Shown: piece by piece, positions 10,757 to 20,233 of the stretch
Numbering within the stretch: the first letter of the stretch is position 1
Layout: the number at the start of each line of letters is the position of its first letter
NCBI GenBank assembly: GCA_963666205.1
Contig: OY762654.1
Span: 1,760,001 to 1,824,000 of the forward strand
Reading direction: 5' to 3'
Length of the DNA stretch: 64,000 nucleotides
From: Synergistales bacterium
Lineage (GTDB): Bacteria; Synergistota; Synergistia; Synergistales; JAFGMB01
Notes under the pieces: model-generated
Told to the model about the DNA's origin: nothing
The model's database searches: none
What the model saw: the letters and a program-made list of their open reading frames with translations, nothing else
Program-made: the position numbers and the translations under genes

Positions 10757-10763
10757 TTAAATT

Positions 10764-10818
10764 TCATCAGGATTTTCCGGATCAGGGTGTCACACCATGA
10801 TCCGGAAAATCCTGATGA
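10764..10818. terminator. Long hairpin between convergent buk and iclR genes
   Basis: Perfect 21-bp arms tcatcaggattttccggatca / tgatccggaaaatcctgatga; no clear U-tract. Confidence 0.6.
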
Positions 10819-10892
10819 TTCAGAAAGTCTCGCAACAATGGTTGGTCCTGTGGGATCCCCGATCCGTCCTGGAACAAGTTGACTTACTTTGA

Positions 10893-11672
10893 TCAATCCT
10901 GCTGATATCCCAGCCTGCTGGACAGCCTTTTACCTGTTTCAATCAGAGCATTAAGGATCATTTGTACTCCTTCAGTATTATCTGTATAACGGTACTTAAG
11001 GTAAGAAATACTGACTGCATAGGGTATTTCTCCCTGCTTGTTTCTTATGGGTACCGCATAACATATCATGCCGTCCACATACTCTTCGTTGTCACATGCA
11101 TATCCCTGTTCCCTTATTTTTTTTAGATCTGCCAGTAGGTCAGAAAGGTTCATAATGGTATTGCGGGCAGTTTTCCGGAAAGGATATTCTCTGAATTGAT
11201 CCATAATGAAGTCCTCTGGTTGATAAGCCATAAAGACCTTTCCGAGGCCTGAATTATATGCAGTAGCAGGGGTTCCGATCTTTCTTGCGTCAACTTTTAT
11301 GGGGAAATCAGATTCTACCTGATCGATGAGAATGACCTGATCCCGATACAATACTCCAACATTTACGTTTTCGCCGGTAGATTCTGCGAGCAATTCTATT
11401 TCTCTGTGGATCATATCCCGATCACTTGATCTTCTTGCCACGTTGTTCCCGATGGAGAATAACCTGTAGCTAAGCATATACTTACGACTTTTTTCCTCTT
11501 CCACGACCCATCCGAAGTTTTTCAGAGTGTATACCAGCCTTTGAGCTGTACTTTTACCTATATCAAGTTTTTTGGATATATCCCTGATCCCGATTGGTCC
11601 ATTTTCATCAAGAACTTCAACCACCTGAAGAGCTTTTATTACCGATTGAAGGATATTTTTATCTCTTTCCAT
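10893..11672 (-). CDS. IclR-family transcriptional regulator
   Basis: N-terminal QSVIKALQVVE..HTH; C-terminal SGLGKVFMA, GYACDNEE and AVPI..AVSIS. Confidence 0.9.
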   Translation of the reverse strand: MERDKNILQSVIKALQVVEVLDENGPIGIRDISKKLDIGKSTAQRLVYTLKNFGWVVEEEKSRKYMLSYRLFSIGNNVARRSSDRDMIHREIELLAESTGENVNVGVLYRDQVILIDQVESDFPIKVDARKIGTPATAYNSGLGKVFMAYQPEDFIMDQFREYPFRKTARNTIMNLSDLLADLKKIREQGYACDNEEYVDGMICYAVPIRNKQGEIPYAVSISYLKYRYTDNTEGVQMILNALIETGKRLSSRLGYQQD

Positions 11673-11764
11673 TTTTTACCTCCCCAACGATTCTTTCAGA
11701 TAAGGAACTGCCAAAGATATTCTCTTCAAGATGACATCCCTTATGTCTGGTCACTAATGTAATG

Positions 11765-11838
11765 TTGCTTTTTGAACAGGAGTGGATTATACTTTAAATG
11801 TACCCAATATACGGGTCAGTGTACCGCATAGCGGGTCA
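11765..11838 (+). promoter_or_regulatory. Sigma70-like promoter plus two tandem imperfect palindromes (candidate IclR operators)
   Basis: ttgctt(11765)-17 nt-tatact(11788); tgtacccaatatacgggtca (11799-11818) and tgtaccgcatagcgggtca (11820-11838). Confidence 0.55.
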
Positions 11839-11942
11839 AATGTCCAGAGTTAGAAAATGATCTGTTATTCACTCTGGGATGCTGATATATCAAGTTCCTT
11901 CGAAGTCAATGTAAATACGGTCAGATAACTGACTATTTTAGC

Positions 11943-13192
11943 CAAAGGAGGCAGGAAGAAATGATAAAGACCAGGAAACTTGTAATGATCCCGGGACCGA
12001 CTCCGGTGGTTCGTTCGATCCAGGATCAGATGGGCAGGGAAACGGTGGCCTTTGGAGATTCGGGTTTTGTGGAAGATTTTTCTGAGGTTCTTGCAGATCT
12101 TAAAGAATTGTGGAAATGCGATGGAGAAGTGTTTGTGGTGGCAGGGTCGGGAACGTTAGCTATGGAAATGGCAATAGCCAATACGACCAAACGTGGTGAC
12201 AGCATACTGATCTGTTCCAATGGATTTTTTGGTGATCGTTTTATAGATATGTGCGAGAGGAAAGGCCTTGATGTAGATGTTCTTTCTGCCGAGTGGGGAA
12301 GCAGCGTGACCCCTGAAATGGTAGAGGCAAAACTTGAAGAGAAGAAATATGATGCGGTAACGGTAACCCATGCGGAGACTTCCACTGGAGTTGTAGCGCC
12401 GATAGGAGCTATTGGAGAGGTTCTGAAAAAACATCCTGAAACTATTTATATTGTGGATGCGGTAGCCGCAGCCGCAGGAATAGAAGAGAAGGTAGACCCC
12501 ATGGGAATAGATATACTTCTTACATGTTCCCAGAAAGCTTTCGGAGTTGCCCCCGGACTTGGGATAGTATGGGCCAGCAGAAAGGCAATGGCCAGAAGGG
12601 AAAGCCTTGGAAAGATCCCCGAGTCATATATAGATTTTGATAAATGGCTTCCTGTAATGCATGACCCCAGGAAATACTGGGGAACTCCTCCCATTAACAT
12701 GATATGGGCTTTTAAGGAAGCTATCCGCATAATCAGGGAAGAGGGAATAGAGGAGCGATATGCCCGTCACATAAGGCAGGCAGCGATGTTTGACGGAGCT
12801 ATGGAAAGTCTTGGTTTTGAAGTGGCAGCCGAGGAAGGATACCGGGCTCCGACCCTTTCTGTATATAAGTATCCTGGGGGTGCTGAAGTGGATGATGCCA
12901 GTTTCCGATCGGTACTTGGGGAAGAGGGAGTAGAGTCGGCAGGCTGCCTTGGCAAGTACAAGGGAGTAGCCTTCAGAATGGGTCATATGGGCAATATAGA
13001 CAAGCACACCCTGGTTTCTGCAATAGCAGCAGTGGAGAGGGCCTGCATGAGATGCGGAGTGGAGATAGAACCCGGCAGGGCTGTGGGAACCCTTCAGAGG
13101 GGTCTCGTCAACGAACACTGATATCCTGCTAAAACATAGGAATTATATAACTGAAAACCTGTAGGCAAAGAAGTGATTTAAAAAACCGGGAA
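11943..13192 (+). repeat. 1250-bp direct repeat, copy 1 (RBS + aminotransferase gene + 3' UTR)
   Basis: Same sequence recurs at 21480-22729 (offset 9537); the sense ORF and all five antisense ORFs in the track translate identically in both copies. Confidence 0.95.
11961..13121 (+). CDS. Class V PLP aminotransferase, alanine-glyoxylate / serine-pyruvate family (copy 1)
   Basis: MIPGPTPV, GSGTLAME, HAETSTGV, CSQKAFGVAPG (PLP Lys) and RMGHMG. Confidence 0.9.
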   Translation: MIKTRKLVMIPGPTPVVRSIQDQMGRETVAFGDSGFVEDFSEVLADLKELWKCDGEVFVVAGSGTLAMEMAIANTTKRGDSILICSNGFFGDRFIDMCERKGLDVDVLSAEWGSSVTPEMVEAKLEEKKYDAVTVTHAETSTGVVAPIGAIGEVLKKHPETIYIVDAVAAAAGIEEKVDPMGIDILLTCSQKAFGVAPGLGIVWASRKAMARRESLGKIPESYIDFDKWLPVMHDPRKYWGTPPINMIWAFKEAIRIIREEGIEERYARHIRQAAMFDGAMESLGFEVAAEEGYRAPTLSVYKYPGGAEVDDASFRSVLGEEGVESAGCLGKYKGVAFRMGHMGNIDKHTLVSAIAAVERACMRCGVEIEPGRAVGTLQRGLVNEH

Positions 13193-13219
13193 AAAGGCAT
13201 GCCTTCATTCCCGGTTTTT
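13180..13219 (+). terminator. Intrinsic terminator after aminotransferase copy 1
   Basis: aaaaaccggg-N19-cccggttttt. Confidence 0.75.
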
Positions 13220-13371
13220 CTCAAAAGTGCTGTTGTGTTGGTGAAAGACCAATGAATCGAGATATCCAGCTGGCACATACTTTTATAGTCGTTAGAAGAA
13301 GAAAATGGTGGATGCTAATAGAATTAATAAAAGCAATACTGTCATTTTATCTCAAAACCATGCGGAACATA

Positions 13372-13402
13372 GTAAGGGCTCATAAAATCTATGAGCCCTT
13401 AC
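13372..13402 (-). terminator. Hairpin downstream of the TRAP permease
   Basis: gtaagggctcata-aaatc-tatgagcccttac, 13-bp perfect stem. Confidence 0.55.
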
Positions 13403-13438
13403 GGGGTATAACTCTATGACGTAGTGTGCAGCAAAATC

Positions 13439-15415
13439 TTATTCACAAACTGGAGTGTCAATCTTTTTAACTGATATTTTCTGAATGAACCACATTAAAA
13501 TCAGAATTCCAAATCCTATTGAATCTGATAACACACCAGGGAATATAAGAGCTAGAGCTCCTACGAAGAGGATCAGTCTTTCCCAAATCTTCAGATTTCT
13601 TAGCCAGTAGCCTGATCCGGCAAAGGCAAGGGAACAGGTTCCAATGACGGCTGTGATGGAATAGAAGAGTACATGCAGAGGTGTCGTATTTATAAGAAGT
13701 AACTGTGGGTTATACGCAAAAACGAAAGGAATAGTGAATCCCGCGATAGCTAATCTCAAGGCTGTAAAACCTGTTTTCATTGCATTGGCATTTGCTATTC
13801 CGGCGCCGGCGTATGCAGCCAGGGCTACAGGTGGTGTAAGGTCTGCTATGATCCCGTAATACAGGATGAACATATGAGCAGCAAGAGGTGGTACACCGAA
13901 TTTCTGTATTGCCGGTGCGGCCATTGATGCGAGGACGATATATTTAGCTGTAGTAGGAAGACCCATTCCCAGAATAATAGAAGCGATCATTGTAAATATC
14001 AGAGTAAAGAAGAAGTGGCCACCGGAAAGGATTATTATTCCATTTGCAAGTTTGAGGCCTACTCCGGTAAGGGTGACAACTCCTATTATGATTCCCGCGC
14101 AGGCACAGGCTGCAGCTACACCAAGGGCAGAACGGGCGCCACTCTCCATTGCGTCAAGAATGTCTTTAAAACTGAGTCTCGTACTGGCTTTGAACATAGC
14201 AATACCTACAGTGACCAATATGGAAACAAAGGCTGCCCTTAGGGGAGTATAGCCTTTTACAAGCAGATAGACGATTACAAAGATAGGAATAAGAAGGTGA
14301 CCGCCCTTCCTGAGGACTTTGCCTAGTTGCGGGAGATTTTCCTTGGGAAGTCCCTTCAGTCCAAGTCTTTTGGCTTCCATATGTACCATTATTCCAACTG
14401 CGAGATAATACAGAACTGCTGGAAGAACAGCTGCTACAGCTATCTTGATGTAGGCAATCCCGAGGAACTGGGCCATGATGAAAGCTGCGGCTCCCATTAT
14501 TGGAGGCATAAGCTGTCCTCCTGTTGAGGCAGCTGCTTCTACTGCACCTGCAAAATGTCCTGGATAACCGATACTTTTCATTAGGGGGATAGTGAAAGCT
14601 CCTGTAGTAACTGTATTTGCCACAGAGCTTCCCGATATTGTTCCAAAAAGTCCGCTGGCAAGAACTGCTACCTTTGCAGGACCTCCGACCCTGTGCCCTG
14701 TCGCTGAAAGGGCAAGGTCAATAAAGAACTTTCCGAGGCCTGTTTTATGTAAGAAAGCTCCAAAAAGAATGAAAAGAAAGACAAAAGTCGCAGAAACTCC
14801 AAGGGGTAACCCAAGGATCCCTTCAGTGGTTACATACATGTGAGTGATGATCCTTTTGAGGGGAAAGCCTCGATGACCTAGCATGCCAGGGATGTAAGGG
14901 CCTAGTTTTGCATAAAGGAGGAATACTGCGGCTACGATGGAAATTGGAAGGCCAACGATCCGGCGACATGCTTCGAGAACAAGCAATATAGCCAAAGCTC
15001 CAAATACCAGGTCACCCCAGGTGGGTAAACCTGCCCTGAGAACTATCTCTGTATAATTTATTACAATATATAACCCCACCCAGCTTCCGAGACCAGCCAG
15101 GATAATATCGATCCAGGGAAGCCTGTCCTTTGATGCTTTCGCAGAAAATGGATAAAGAAGGAATACCAGACACAGGGTGAAAGACAGATGTATCCCCCTT
15201 TGTATCTGGGCAGGAAAAACTCCAAATGCAGCAGTATAAAGCTGGAATGCAGAAAAGGCTATGCAAAGGAAAACAATGATCTTACCCCACAGCCCATCCA
15301 ATATCCGGAAAGTTGATTCCTTATCATACTTTTGTAGTATTTCCTCCACATTTATTTCGTGATCAGAAGCTGTTTCTGAAATATTGTTATCCAGAGTTGT
15401 CTGTTGATTACTCAT
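13439..15415 (-). CDS. TRAP transporter 4TM/12TM fusion permease (TAXI-associated)
   Basis: GGPAKVAV, GTISGSSVANT, STGGQLMPPIMGAAAF, GMGLPTT and TPPVALA motifs. Confidence 0.92.
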   Translation of the reverse strand: MSNQQTTLDNNISETASDHEINVEEILQKYDKESTFRILDGLWGKIIVFLCIAFSAFQLYTAAFGVFPAQIQRGIHLSFTLCLVFLLYPFSAKASKDRLPWIDIILAGLGSWVGLYIVINYTEIVLRAGLPTWGDLVFGALAILLVLEACRRIVGLPISIVAAVFLLYAKLGPYIPGMLGHRGFPLKRIITHMYVTTEGILGLPLGVSATFVFLFILFGAFLHKTGLGKFFIDLALSATGHRVGGPAKVAVLASGLFGTISGSSVANTVTTGAFTIPLMKSIGYPGHFAGAVEAAASTGGQLMPPIMGAAAFIMAQFLGIAYIKIAVAAVLPAVLYYLAVGIMVHMEAKRLGLKGLPKENLPQLGKVLRKGGHLLIPIFVIVYLLVKGYTPLRAAFVSILVTVGIAMFKASTRLSFKDILDAMESGARSALGVAAACACAGIIIGVVTLTGVGLKLANGIIILSGGHFFFTLIFTMIASIILGMGLPTTAKYIVLASMAAPAIQKFGVPPLAAHMFILYYGIIADLTPPVALAAYAGAGIANANAMKTGFTALRLAIAGFTIPFVFAYNPQLLLINTTPLHVLFYSITAVIGTCSLAFAGSGYWLRNLKIWERLILFVGALALIFPGVLSDSIGFGILILMWFIQKISVKKIDTPVCE

Positions 15416-15419
15416 AGCT

Positions 15420-15914
15420 TCACCTCCAGCGCTTAATCAATTCATTGAAAAGATAGGTCTTTTCTATATAAAAGCTGACGGGTTTTCCCGGTTTTTCCCA
15501 GGACTCAAGTTTGAAAATATTCTTCTCACTAAGGAAAGTATGGTCTGCATACCTCCCAACCCTGATGTCCAGCCTGGGAATTTTCAATGTATAACCTGTT
15601 ATTCGAAATTTTCCGGGTTCCCGGATGAATTTCTGGTTTTCAAAAGAACAATAGGGTAATCCTGCACCAAAATCTGAGTAAACTGTTTCGATCAAGGTAA
15701 TCTGACCATCAATTATTTCGTAGATTTCATCAACCGGTGTTTTTTCGACAGAATGAATACATCTTATGGTGAACTGATCTCCATTACTTATCAACTGTTG
15801 ATATACAATCTCTCCATCCTCATTTTTTACGATGAGAACTCGAAGAGGAAAAGTTAAAAAAGTTATGGTTAAGAGAGCTATTATGATGGCGATAGCATTT
15901 GAATTCTTTTTCAA
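15420..15914 (-). CDS. DUF1850-like protein of TAXI-TRAP operons
   Basis: IHSVEKTPVDE and FGAGLP motifs; located between the TAXI binding protein and the permease. Confidence 0.8.
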   Translation of the reverse strand: MKKNSNAIAIIIALLTITFLTFPLRVLIVKNEDGEIVYQQLISNGDQFTIRCIHSVEKTPVDEIYEIIDGQITLIETVYSDFGAGLPYCSFENQKFIREPGKFRITGYTLKIPRLDIRVGRYADHTFLSEKNIFKLESWEKPGKPVSFYIEKTYLFNELIKRWR

Positions 15915-16029
15915 GGGATTACCATTCTTTCCTGGTTTACTAATATTGAAGCAACAAGTTTAAGATGGAGTTTTCTGAGAACCTGGTCCCCGGAAAACTC
16001 CATCCATTTCTTCAATTTATGAATCTAGC

Positions 16030-16986
16030 TTATTTCACTATCCCTTTTTCTTTATAGTATTTCGCAGCACCAGGGTGTATCGGGATGGTAATTCCATCCA
16101 GGGCTTTTTCTAATTTAATGGATTTGCCCTTATGATGGCTTTCTCCTACTTCGTCAAGGTTTTCAAAAAGGGCTTTGGTGATGTTGTAAACTGCCTCTTC
16201 GGAAAGATCAGCATTCGCAACTATAATAGCCTGGACTGCAACCGTTTCTACTGGCTCTGTCTGTCCATTGTATGTATTCGCAGGCATTACCTCAACTGCG
16301 AAGAAGGGATACTTAGCCATCAATTGTTCTCTCATCTTTCCGTAAATGTTGATGAATTTGATCTTGTGGAGAGTGCTTATGTCCTGGATGGAAGAGTTGG
16401 GAGCACCAGTTGTGTAGATAAACGCATCAAGCATTCTGTCTTTAAAATGATCTGCGGTTTCTGCATATGAAAGGAAATGAGGTTTGAAATCTGTGTATTC
16501 GAGACCAAAAGCGCTGAATATCTGTCTGGCATTTGCCTCGTTACCGCTTCCCGGAGCACCTACTGAGACATCGTGGTCCTTAAAGTCCCTTATAGTCATC
16601 AGTTCACTTTCAGCTGGTGCTACCACGTGGATAGTCTCCGGGTAAAGTCTTGCAATGGCTCTTACGTTCTCGATCTTTTTCTTGAAAAATTCTGTGCCGT
16701 TATATGCGTAGTGTGCGATATCATTCTGAACAAGAGCAAGATCCACATCTCCAGCTGCAATAAGGTTCATATTTTCAACAGAAGCACCTGTTGACTGGGC
16801 GGTGATATTTACATCTGATACATGATTGCTGATGATCTGGGCGATTGCCCCTCCAAGTGGATAGTATGTTCCTGCTGTTCCACCTGTAGCAAGGGTCCAC
16901 TGAAGAGTACGTGCAGATGCTCCACCTGCTATGGACATGATGCATAGTGTTACAAGAAGAATCCTGATCCAGTTTTTTCTTAACAT
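16030..16986 (-). CDS. TAXI-family TRAP substrate-binding protein
   Basis: Signal peptide; ATGGTAGTYY, STGASVEN, LYPE, GAPGSG and PIHPGAAKYY; ATG 16986 after AGGAGG. Confidence 0.92.
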   Translation of the reverse strand: MLRKNWIRILLVTLCIMSIAGGASARTLQWTLATGGTAGTYYPLGGAIAQIISNHVSDVNITAQSTGASVENMNLIAAGDVDLALVQNDIAHYAYNGTEFFKKKIENVRAIARLYPETIHVVAPAESELMTIRDFKDHDVSVGAPGSGNEANARQIFSAFGLEYTDFKPHFLSYAETADHFKDRMLDAFIYTTGAPNSSIQDISTLHKIKFINIYGKMREQLMAKYPFFAVEVMPANTYNGQTEPVETVAVQAIIVANADLSEEAVYNITKALFENLDEVGESHHKGKSIKLEKALDGITIPIHPGAAKYYKEKGIVK

Positions 16987-17049
16987 TTTGTCCCCTCCTT
17001 TTAATTTTTGTAACGGTGTCAAGGAAATTGAAAAAGCCTCATTTCTTAT

Positions 17050-18045
17050 TTATGACGTTACATTAAATTTATAAAATTCAGGATTTAAGAGCCCGGGGAT
17101 CTTCTCTCCTTTCAGGTAAGAAACTGTAGATAGTACAGCCCCGCTGACTTCTCTGTAAAGAGCCTCTTCCGTCCATGCGGCTACATGGGGCGTCATTATA
17201 ATATTGTTCTGTTTGGCCAAGGGGTGGCTTGAATTGACGGGTTCTTTGGAATATACATCTATTGCAGCTGAAGCAATGCTTCCTTTTTTCAGGGCCTTTA
17301 TCAAAGCAGTCTCTTCTATAATTGGACCTCTGGCAGTATTTATTATTATCGAATTCGGCTTCATGAGGTTAAATTCCGGGTCTGAGATGAAACTTTCAGT
17401 TTCTTCCGTGAGAGAACAGTTTACTGAAATTACATCTGATTCCCTTAAGAGGAAGGCAAGTTCTCCCGTTGAGGTCATATTGCCGAATTCATTTTCTTTG
17501 ATATCAACATAGGGATCGTAAACAATAACCTGGCAATCAAACCCCTGTAATTTTCTTGCCACTTCTTTACCTACTGCACCATAGCCTATAATGCCAACCG
17601 TTTTATTCCTTAGTTCAAAGCCAAGAAGCGTATCACTCGTTCTCCATTTGTCTCTGTGTATTGTCTCAGCATGGATCTGAAGTTTCCTCAAAGAAGCAAG
17701 GATCAATAGTATGCAGTATTCGGCCACAGTTGTGTTATTAGCTCCGGGGACATACGAAACTGCAATCCCTTTCTTTGTTGCTTCCCTGATATCCACATTT
17801 GAAGGTTTGCCTCCACACTTTGCAATTATTCCAAGATTCCGGGCATACTTCATATCTTCCTTGTCAACACCGCACCTTGAAGTAATTATTATGCCATTGG
17901 TTGTCTCAAGGATCTCCCTGAGGTCAGTCTTGGAAAAAGTGTCATCGGGATAAACAAACCGGATGGTGGTCAATTCTTCGAGAGGTCTGAACCATTCCAT
18001 AGGACCTTCTGGTTCAATGACGTGAATCAGTGGTTTTTCAGCCAA
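17050..18045 (-). CDS. D-isomer-specific 2-hydroxyacid dehydrogenase (glyoxylate/hydroxypyruvate reductase or SerA-like)
   Basis: GIIGYGAVG, INTARG, DVYSKEP and TPHVAAWT; TTG at 18045 after AAGGAGG. Confidence 0.88.
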   Translation of the reverse strand: MAEKPLIHVIEPEGPMEWFRPLEELTTIRFVYPDDTFSKTDLREILETTNGIIITSRCGVDKEDMKYARNLGIIAKCGGKPSNVDIREATKKGIAVSYVPGANNTTVAEYCILLILASLRKLQIHAETIHRDKWRTSDTLLGFELRNKTVGIIGYGAVGKEVARKLQGFDCQVIVYDPYVDIKENEFGNMTSTGELAFLLRESDVISVNCSLTEETESFISDPEFNLMKPNSIIINTARGPIIEETALIKALKKGSIASAAIDVYSKEPVNSSHPLAKQNNIIMTPHVAAWTEEALYREVSGAVLSTVSYLKGEKIPGLLNPEFYKFNVTS

Positions 18046-18147
18046 ACATATCTCCTCCTTGAAGTGTGAGAAAAGGATCAATGGTATATAGCTGTAATAA
18101 ATCAGAGCAGTTTCCTGGTCAGAATATTTGACTGACAGCTTAAGTAC

Positions 18148-18174
18148 ATATATCATGTCAGATATACGATGTCA
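18148..18174. promoter_or_regulatory. Tandem 13-bp direct repeats in the divergent promoter region (candidate GntR operator)
   Basis: atatatcatgtca (18148-18160) and atatacgatgtca (18162-18174); a third copy lies upstream of the gntR gene. Confidence 0.6.
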
Positions 18175-18348
18175 AATATTGATGCATTTGAAAGTAGCTT
18201 TCAGATTTTTGAGATAATTTGCAGAAACTCTTTTATCGGCCAGTTTTCAAATGGCATTTATGGTAAATGTAATCTCTGATCAAGGTCTTTGCATTGCACA
18301 TGATTTTTTGTACAAATAGACCTTTATATAGGGAGGAATAATTATTCC

Positions 18349-19176
18349 ATGACAGAGAATGGTTCAATTGGTTTTTTTGATTCCGGACTTGGAGGCCTTA
18401 CTGTAGTAAAAGAGGTAATGAGACTTCTCCCGGGAGAAAACATCCTTTATTTCGGAGATAACGGTCGATCTCCCTATGGAGAGTACAGTAGAGAAATTCT
18501 GCAGACCCTGTCTCTCCAGATCTCCGGGTTTCTTCTAAAGAGGAGGGCTAAAATGATAGTTGTTGCCTGTAATACTGCAACAGCTGCATCCCTGGATCTT
18601 CTTCAGTCGACTTTTTCGATTCCTGTGATCGGTGTCATTGAGCCTGGTTCAAGGGCCGCCGTTCGAGCTACGAAAAACGGGAGGATTGGTCTTCTGGCAA
18701 CGAACTACACTGTTAACAGCGGTTTTTATCAGAAAGAGATTACTGATCTTCTCCCTGAAGCGGAAGTATTTTCTGAACCAGGCCCAGAATTTACACCATT
18801 GATAGAATCTGGCAAGATCGAAGATAGTGAAACCGAAGAAGCTGTGTTGAGACATTTGAAACCATTGAAAGATAAGGATATCGATACTCTTCTTCTTGGA
18901 TGTACAATTTTCCCGATTATCAATCCTTTATTCATTAAACATCTGGATAAAAAAGTTTCTATTATTGACCCTTCAATGGAAACTGCAATTTCTGTCAGGG
19001 AAATACTGCTGGAATATGGACTTGTCAATGAAGGGGAGACTTCTCCCCGAAGGGAATTTTATACCACGGGAGATCCGGATAGATTCAAAGGTTTCGGAGA
19101 TCGTTTTTTGCCTGGAGCACCTATTCAGGTTTCCAATGTTGATCCGTATACCCTTGTTCCATCTCTTAATATCTGA
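18349..19176 (+). CDS. murI: Glutamate racemase-family protein with atypical second-Cys motif
   Basis: FDSGLGGLTV, PYG, VACNTAT and GVIEP motifs; GCTIFP in place of canonical GCTHYP. Confidence 0.8.
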   Translation: MTENGSIGFFDSGLGGLTVVKEVMRLLPGENILYFGDNGRSPYGEYSREILQTLSLQISGFLLKRRAKMIVVACNTATAASLDLLQSTFSIPVIGVIEPGSRAAVRATKNGRIGLLATNYTVNSGFYQKEITDLLPEAEVFSEPGPEFTPLIESGKIEDSETEEAVLRHLKPLKDKDIDTLLLGCTIFPIINPLFIKHLDKKVSIIDPSMETAISVREILLEYGLVNEGETSPRREFYTTGDPDRFKGFGDRFLPGAPIQVSNVDPYTLVPSLNI

Positions 19177-19325
19177 TAGAAAAGACAGATTAATGAATCT
19201 GTCTTTTCACGGAGTTAATTTGGTTTGTATTTTGGAAATTGATCTCGGCAATATCTGGATTACAGGGAATGCGGGTTCCATGCATATCCTGGAAATATAA
19301 TAAAACAATAAAGGAGTGTTCTGAA

Positions 19326-20219
19326 TTGAAAATAGCAGGGATGTTCGCACCGGTTCCGACTCCATTTAAGGATAATGAGGAGATCGATTTCGGAAGGTTT
19401 AAGGAAAATCTTGGGAAATGGGAAAAAACAGGGCTTGCAGGTGTTGTTGTACTGGGATCCAATGGGGAGTTCGTTTCTCTTACCCATGAAGAAAAGGTGC
19501 AGATGATATCCTTTGTGAGAGAAAATATTTCAAAGGAAAAGATGGTTATCGCCGGAACAGGCTGTGAATCCACAAGAGAAACTATCCAGCTGACGAGAGA
19601 AGCTGCCGAATGTGGGGTTGATGCCGCTCTTGTAGTCAATCCTACTTATTTCAAGGGGAGTCTGAAAGAGGATGTATTGGAGGCACACTTCAAAAAAATT
19701 GCCGATGCATCTCCGATACCGGTAATGATCTACAACATGCCAGGAAACACAGGGATCAATATGTCTGCCAGACTTCTGGTCAGGCTTTCCAGACATCCCA
19801 ATATTGTGGGATTGAAGGATAGTGGAGGAAATATTGTCCAGATCTCTAATGTTATTAACGGTGCATCAAGGGATTTTTCGGTTTTTGCAGGCTCCGGAAG
19901 TTATCTTCTGACCACCCTTGTGATGGGGGGAGTAGGTGCCACAATGGCAGTTGCTAACGTGGTTCCGAACTATTGTGTCGAAATTGAAAAGGTATTTCAG
20001 GAGGGAAATATTGAAAAAGCCAGGGATATGCAGCTAGCGCTTTTAGATCTAAATGCTGCAGTGACAAGCGGGTTTGGAATTCCCGGTCTGAAATATGCCC
20101 TTGACAGGATCGGCTATTACGGAGGACCTGTACGTTCTCCCCTGCTGCCTGTTTCCGATATTCAGAAGAAGGAAATCGATAGATTGCTTGAAGAAATTAA
20201 TGCTTCTGCATGGGCATAA
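19326..20219 (+). CDS. DapA/NAL-family aldolase, 4-hydroxy-2-oxoglutarate aldolase (HOGA1)-like
   Basis: GSNGEF, GTGCEST, HPNIVGLKDSGG, NAAVTSGFGIPGLK and GYYGGPVRSPL; TTG 19326 after AAGGAG. Confidence 0.8.
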   Translation: MKIAGMFAPVPTPFKDNEEIDFGRFKENLGKWEKTGLAGVVVLGSNGEFVSLTHEEKVQMISFVRENISKEKMVIAGTGCESTRETIQLTREAAECGVDAALVVNPTYFKGSLKEDVLEAHFKKIADASPIPVMIYNMPGNTGINMSARLLVRLSRHPNIVGLKDSGGNIVQISNVINGASRDFSVFAGSGSYLLTTLVMGGVGATMAVANVVPNYCVEIEKVFQEGNIEKARDMQLALLDLNAAVTSGFGIPGLKYALDRIGYYGGPVRSPLLPVSDIQKKEIDRLLEEINASAWA

Positions 20220-20233
20220 GGTGGTGAACATCC

